A stretch of 64,000 bases of DNA, from contig CBFGJX010000003.1 in the NCBI GenBank assembly GCA_965649225.1, positions 112,603 through 176,602 of the forward strand, given 5' to 3'. Of the stretch, positions 62,057 through 64,000 are shown piece after piece (within the stretch, counting starts at the first letter, position 1; the number at the start of each line of letters is the position of its first letter). The notes under the pieces are model-generated. The model made no database searches. It was given only the letters and a program-made list of their open reading frames with translations, and had not been told where the DNA came from. The stretch comes from a candidate division WOR-3 bacterium (GTDB lineage Bacteria > Hydrothermota > Tepidihabitantia > Tepidihabitantales > Tepidihabitantaceae). Both the position numbers and the translations under genes were made by a program.

Positions 62057-62860
62057 CTATCCCCTTGGTTTTTCTGCCTGATACCAGCCCCGTCCGACCT
62101 GATGTCTGTGCGCGGCATCCCGCCACAGATTCACCAGGCCCTCGGCGAAAGCGTAAAGCTCCGGTCCGAAGTTCTTTTCGATCGTCGGCCTCAGGTCAAC
62201 CTCGACCATTTTCTTGTACTCGTCAAAGCACTTCGCGTATTCGTCGGTCTGGTCTTTAACCTCCAGCACCTTGAAACCGGCTTTCTTCAGCACTTCGGCC
62301 CAGCCGTTCAGGGTTTCCATGTACGGAAATGCCATTGATTCGTACAGCTTCGCCAGCAGCGACTCCTCAATCTCACCGGTGATAACCCAGTCGGTAAAAA
62401 TCAGCTTGCCGCCGGGCTTGAGTACGCGGAACGCCTCGCGTGCCAGCTCGTCCTTGTTGGTGACGTAGCACCACGCCTCCTGACCCCAGACCACGTCGAA
62501 GGTGTCCTTCTTGAACGGCATATCCATCGCGTTGCCCTCGACAAAGGTCACCAGATGCTCCAGCCCGGCATCCCGCGTCCGCTGGCGCGCCTTTTCCAGC
62601 ATCGTCTTGGTGAAGTCGAGGCCGGTCACCTTCACCCCGTACTTCTTGGCGATATGCCGGGCCGGTGCGCCCAGTGCTGAACAGACATCAAGCACATGCA
62701 TCCCGGGTTTGAGCCCGACCGCTACCGCCATCCGGTCGGTCACCTCAGCACCGCCGGAATGAATCTGCTCGCTCATCACTGCTTCCCAGAGCAGCCCACC
62801 CGGCCCGTCATAAACGTCCTGCACGTCCTTGCCGGTATAGTCGTAACGCTTCGGCATCAT
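62057..62860 (-). CDS. class I SAM-dependent methyltransferase (Methyltransf_11-like)
   Basis: VLDVCSALGAPARHIA (motif I) and LKPGGKLIFTDW; start taken at MMPKRYDY. Confidence 0.75.
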   Translation of the reverse strand: MMPKRYDYTGKDVQDVYDGPGGLLWEAVMSEQIHSGGAEVTDRMAVAVGLKPGMHVLDVCSALGAPARHIAKKYGVKVTGLDFTKTMLEKARQRTRDAGLEHLVTFVEGNAMDMPFKKDTFDVVWGQEAWCYVTNKDELAREAFRVLKPGGKLIFTDWVITGEIEESLLAKLYESMAFPYMETLNGWAEVLKKAGFKVLEVKDQTDEYAKCFDEYKKMVEVDLRPTIEKNFGPELYAFAEGLVNLWRDAAHRHQVGRGWYQAEKPRG

Positions 62861-63084
62861 TCCTCCTGTTTTTGGGGTATCGTTGTCGAATCGCCCGGCC
62901 GACGCTCTAGCGACCGGTCCGGGCGGATTGTTGTTGCTATCTTGTCGGCCGGCAGACTGCCGGCACAATGCCGGACAGTCACCTGCCGCACCTCTTTTTT
63001 ACTGCAAAAATGGTCTGACTGCTGCCGGACTGCGTGATTAGTCCCGTCCGGTTCATCAGTCCTGAATTAATCGGCATCGCCCCA

Positions 63085-63465
63085 CTACCGACTCAGCAGC
63101 AATACCGCCAGTGCCGCGCAGACCAGCCCCGCCGCATGCGGCAGACTCAACCGCTCCCGAAGCAGGACAAAGCCAAACACGGCCGGCACGACAATGTACA
63201 TCCCGGAAAGCGGCACCACCACCGAAGCCGGCCCCCGGCGCAGCGCGAGAAAAAAACACACCAGTGCGACCCCGTAGGCCAGCCCCGAACCGACTGCCAG
63301 CGGGTGTGGCTTCAACCAGCGGCCACCGTCCTCGGTGAAAGCGAATGCGGTGACCGGAACGATTGTCGCCACTGTGCTCCAGAACGCCAGCGACTGCGGC
63401 GAGATGGAGCCGGCAACCAGCTTGGCGAGAAAACTCCACGCGCCCCAGAACACCAGGGCCAGCAC
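63085..63465 (-). CDS. small EamA-like (DMT half-transporter) membrane protein
   Basis: 126 aa, four hydrophobic helices. Confidence 0.5.
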   Translation of the reverse strand: MLALVFWGAWSFLAKLVAGSISPQSLAFWSTVATIVPVTAFAFTEDGGRWLKPHPLAVGSGLAYGVALVCFFLALRRGPASVVVPLSGMYIVVPAVFGFVLLRERLSLPHAAGLVCAALAVLLLSR

Positions 63466-63510
63466 TGCCAGCAGGCGATAGTCTGGTGCTGCGGTCAGTC
63501 TGCCTCCACT

Positions 63511-63762
63511 TCAGGCCGACGGCGCCTTGTAGATTACCACCTCGCGCAGGCTCTCAACCTGCTGGCCGGCGCGCTGGAACATATCTTCGACGGTTTTCCG
63601 GTCCGGAGCGTCCCAGCAGCAGATCGGCTGATTGGTGGCCCGGTCAACATAGGCCCAGTCCATTGTTGCGCCGGTCCCGGCTGAAGCGTTCAGCACCGAC
63701 AGGCAGGCGGGCTTGACCGCCTCAGCCGCCATTGGTTTCAGGACGATGATATACTTGGCCAT
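63511..63762 (-). CDS. DUF4242-like small protein (SCO4226/nickel-binding-like)
   Basis: MAKYIIVLKP...WAYVDRATNQPICCWDAPDRKTVEDMFQRAGQQVESLREVVIY matches the family's general pattern from memory; SD GAGGA. Confidence 0.45.
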   Translation of the reverse strand: MAKYIIVLKPMAAEAVKPACLSVLNASAGTGATMDWAYVDRATNQPICCWDAPDRKTVEDMFQRAGQQVESLREVVIYKAPSA

Positions 63763-64000
63763 CGTTCCTCACTCTCTGGATTGTTGACTTGGATATCAAA
63801 CGGCAGGTCGGCTCCGGTCATCGGTCGGCGGGGCGCCCGGCCCCGGCTCATCGCCGAAGTCACGGCACCCGCCTCACGTGGTCGCGGACCGGTGTCTTCA
63901 TCACCAGAATCCTAACCGTCACCCGGCCGGCGTCAAGTCAGCACGAGCACAACTCGCCCGACCGGACGGTCTCGACGCCTTCCTTCACCAGCCACGCCGC

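Noticed and set aside
1-64000. CRISPR arrays, tRNA/rRNA genes, transposases or integrases
   Set aside because: No direct-repeat/spacer periodicity, no cloverleaf-like or rRNA-like GC-balanced stretches in intergenic regions, and no DDE or tyrosine-recombinase motifs were found. The window appears to be ordinary chromosome rather than a mobile island.

Overview
The window is a 64-kb, ~65% GC chromosomal segment of a Gram-negative, probably anaerobic bacterium. It holds about 53 genes at ~90% coding density, with no rRNA, tRNA, CRISPR array or mobile element detected.

Recognisable housekeeping genes:
- QueH epoxyqueuosine reductase
- a four-subunit pyruvate:ferredoxin oxidoreductase operon (porGDAB)
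- an Fpg/Nei-family DNA glycosylase
- an M23 peptidase
- ParB and ParA
- a PAC2-family protein
- MurJ
- a CofE-like protein
- Hsp20
- signal peptidase I
- MurA and IspG
- a SAM-dependent methyltransferase

At least nine proteins end in a type-A T9SS C-terminal sorting domain (e.g. ...GVYLLRIESDELSAFRKLMVR). Three of these are 1000-1547-aa modular proteins built as N-terminal propeller or subtilase domain, then tandem CARDB-like Ig repeats, then a seven-fold ~45-aa 'KGN-x-T...EFWRY' repeat (probable propeller), then the CTD. The T9SS cargo load, high GC and anaerobic enzymes (PFOR, corrinoid methyltransferases, HgdC-type activase) suggest an uncultivated Fibrobacterota-Chlorobiota-Bacteroidota lineage; that placement is inference only.

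The best candidate for a new system is a translationally coupled seven-gene minus-strand operon at 50387-58041. It combines a corrinoid-dependent methyltransferase module with a 2-hydroxyacyl-CoA-dehydratase / double-cubane-reductase-like radical module. The gene order is corrinoid protein, UroD/MtaA-like methyltransferase, RACo-type reductive activase, HgdA-like, HgdB-like, a second UroD/MtaA-like methyltransferase, and HgdC-type [4Fe-4S] activase. It may be co-transcribed with upstream thioredoxin-fold (WCxYCP) T9SS lipoprotein genes.

Other notable items:
- a truncated, coupled pair at the left edge: a coiled-coil protein plus a Walker-A ATPase (defence-like, unclassified)
- two tandem paralogous hypothetical genes driven by a perfect TTGACA-17-TATAAT promoter
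- a five-gene envelope lipoprotein operon (LPP20-like and CsgG/LpoB-like folds) next to an AT-rich island with four TGAGACA heptamers
- several promoters whose -10 box abuts the start codon, implying leaderless mRNAs
- a structured leader with a terminator-like hairpin ahead of a giant cargo gene
- two small ORFs (37 aa and 64 aa) with strong Shine-Dalgarno sites that the ORF track (60-aa floor) does not list

All functional calls rest on motifs read directly from the translations; no database search was possible. Motif coordinates were indexed by hand and may be off by 1-2 nt.
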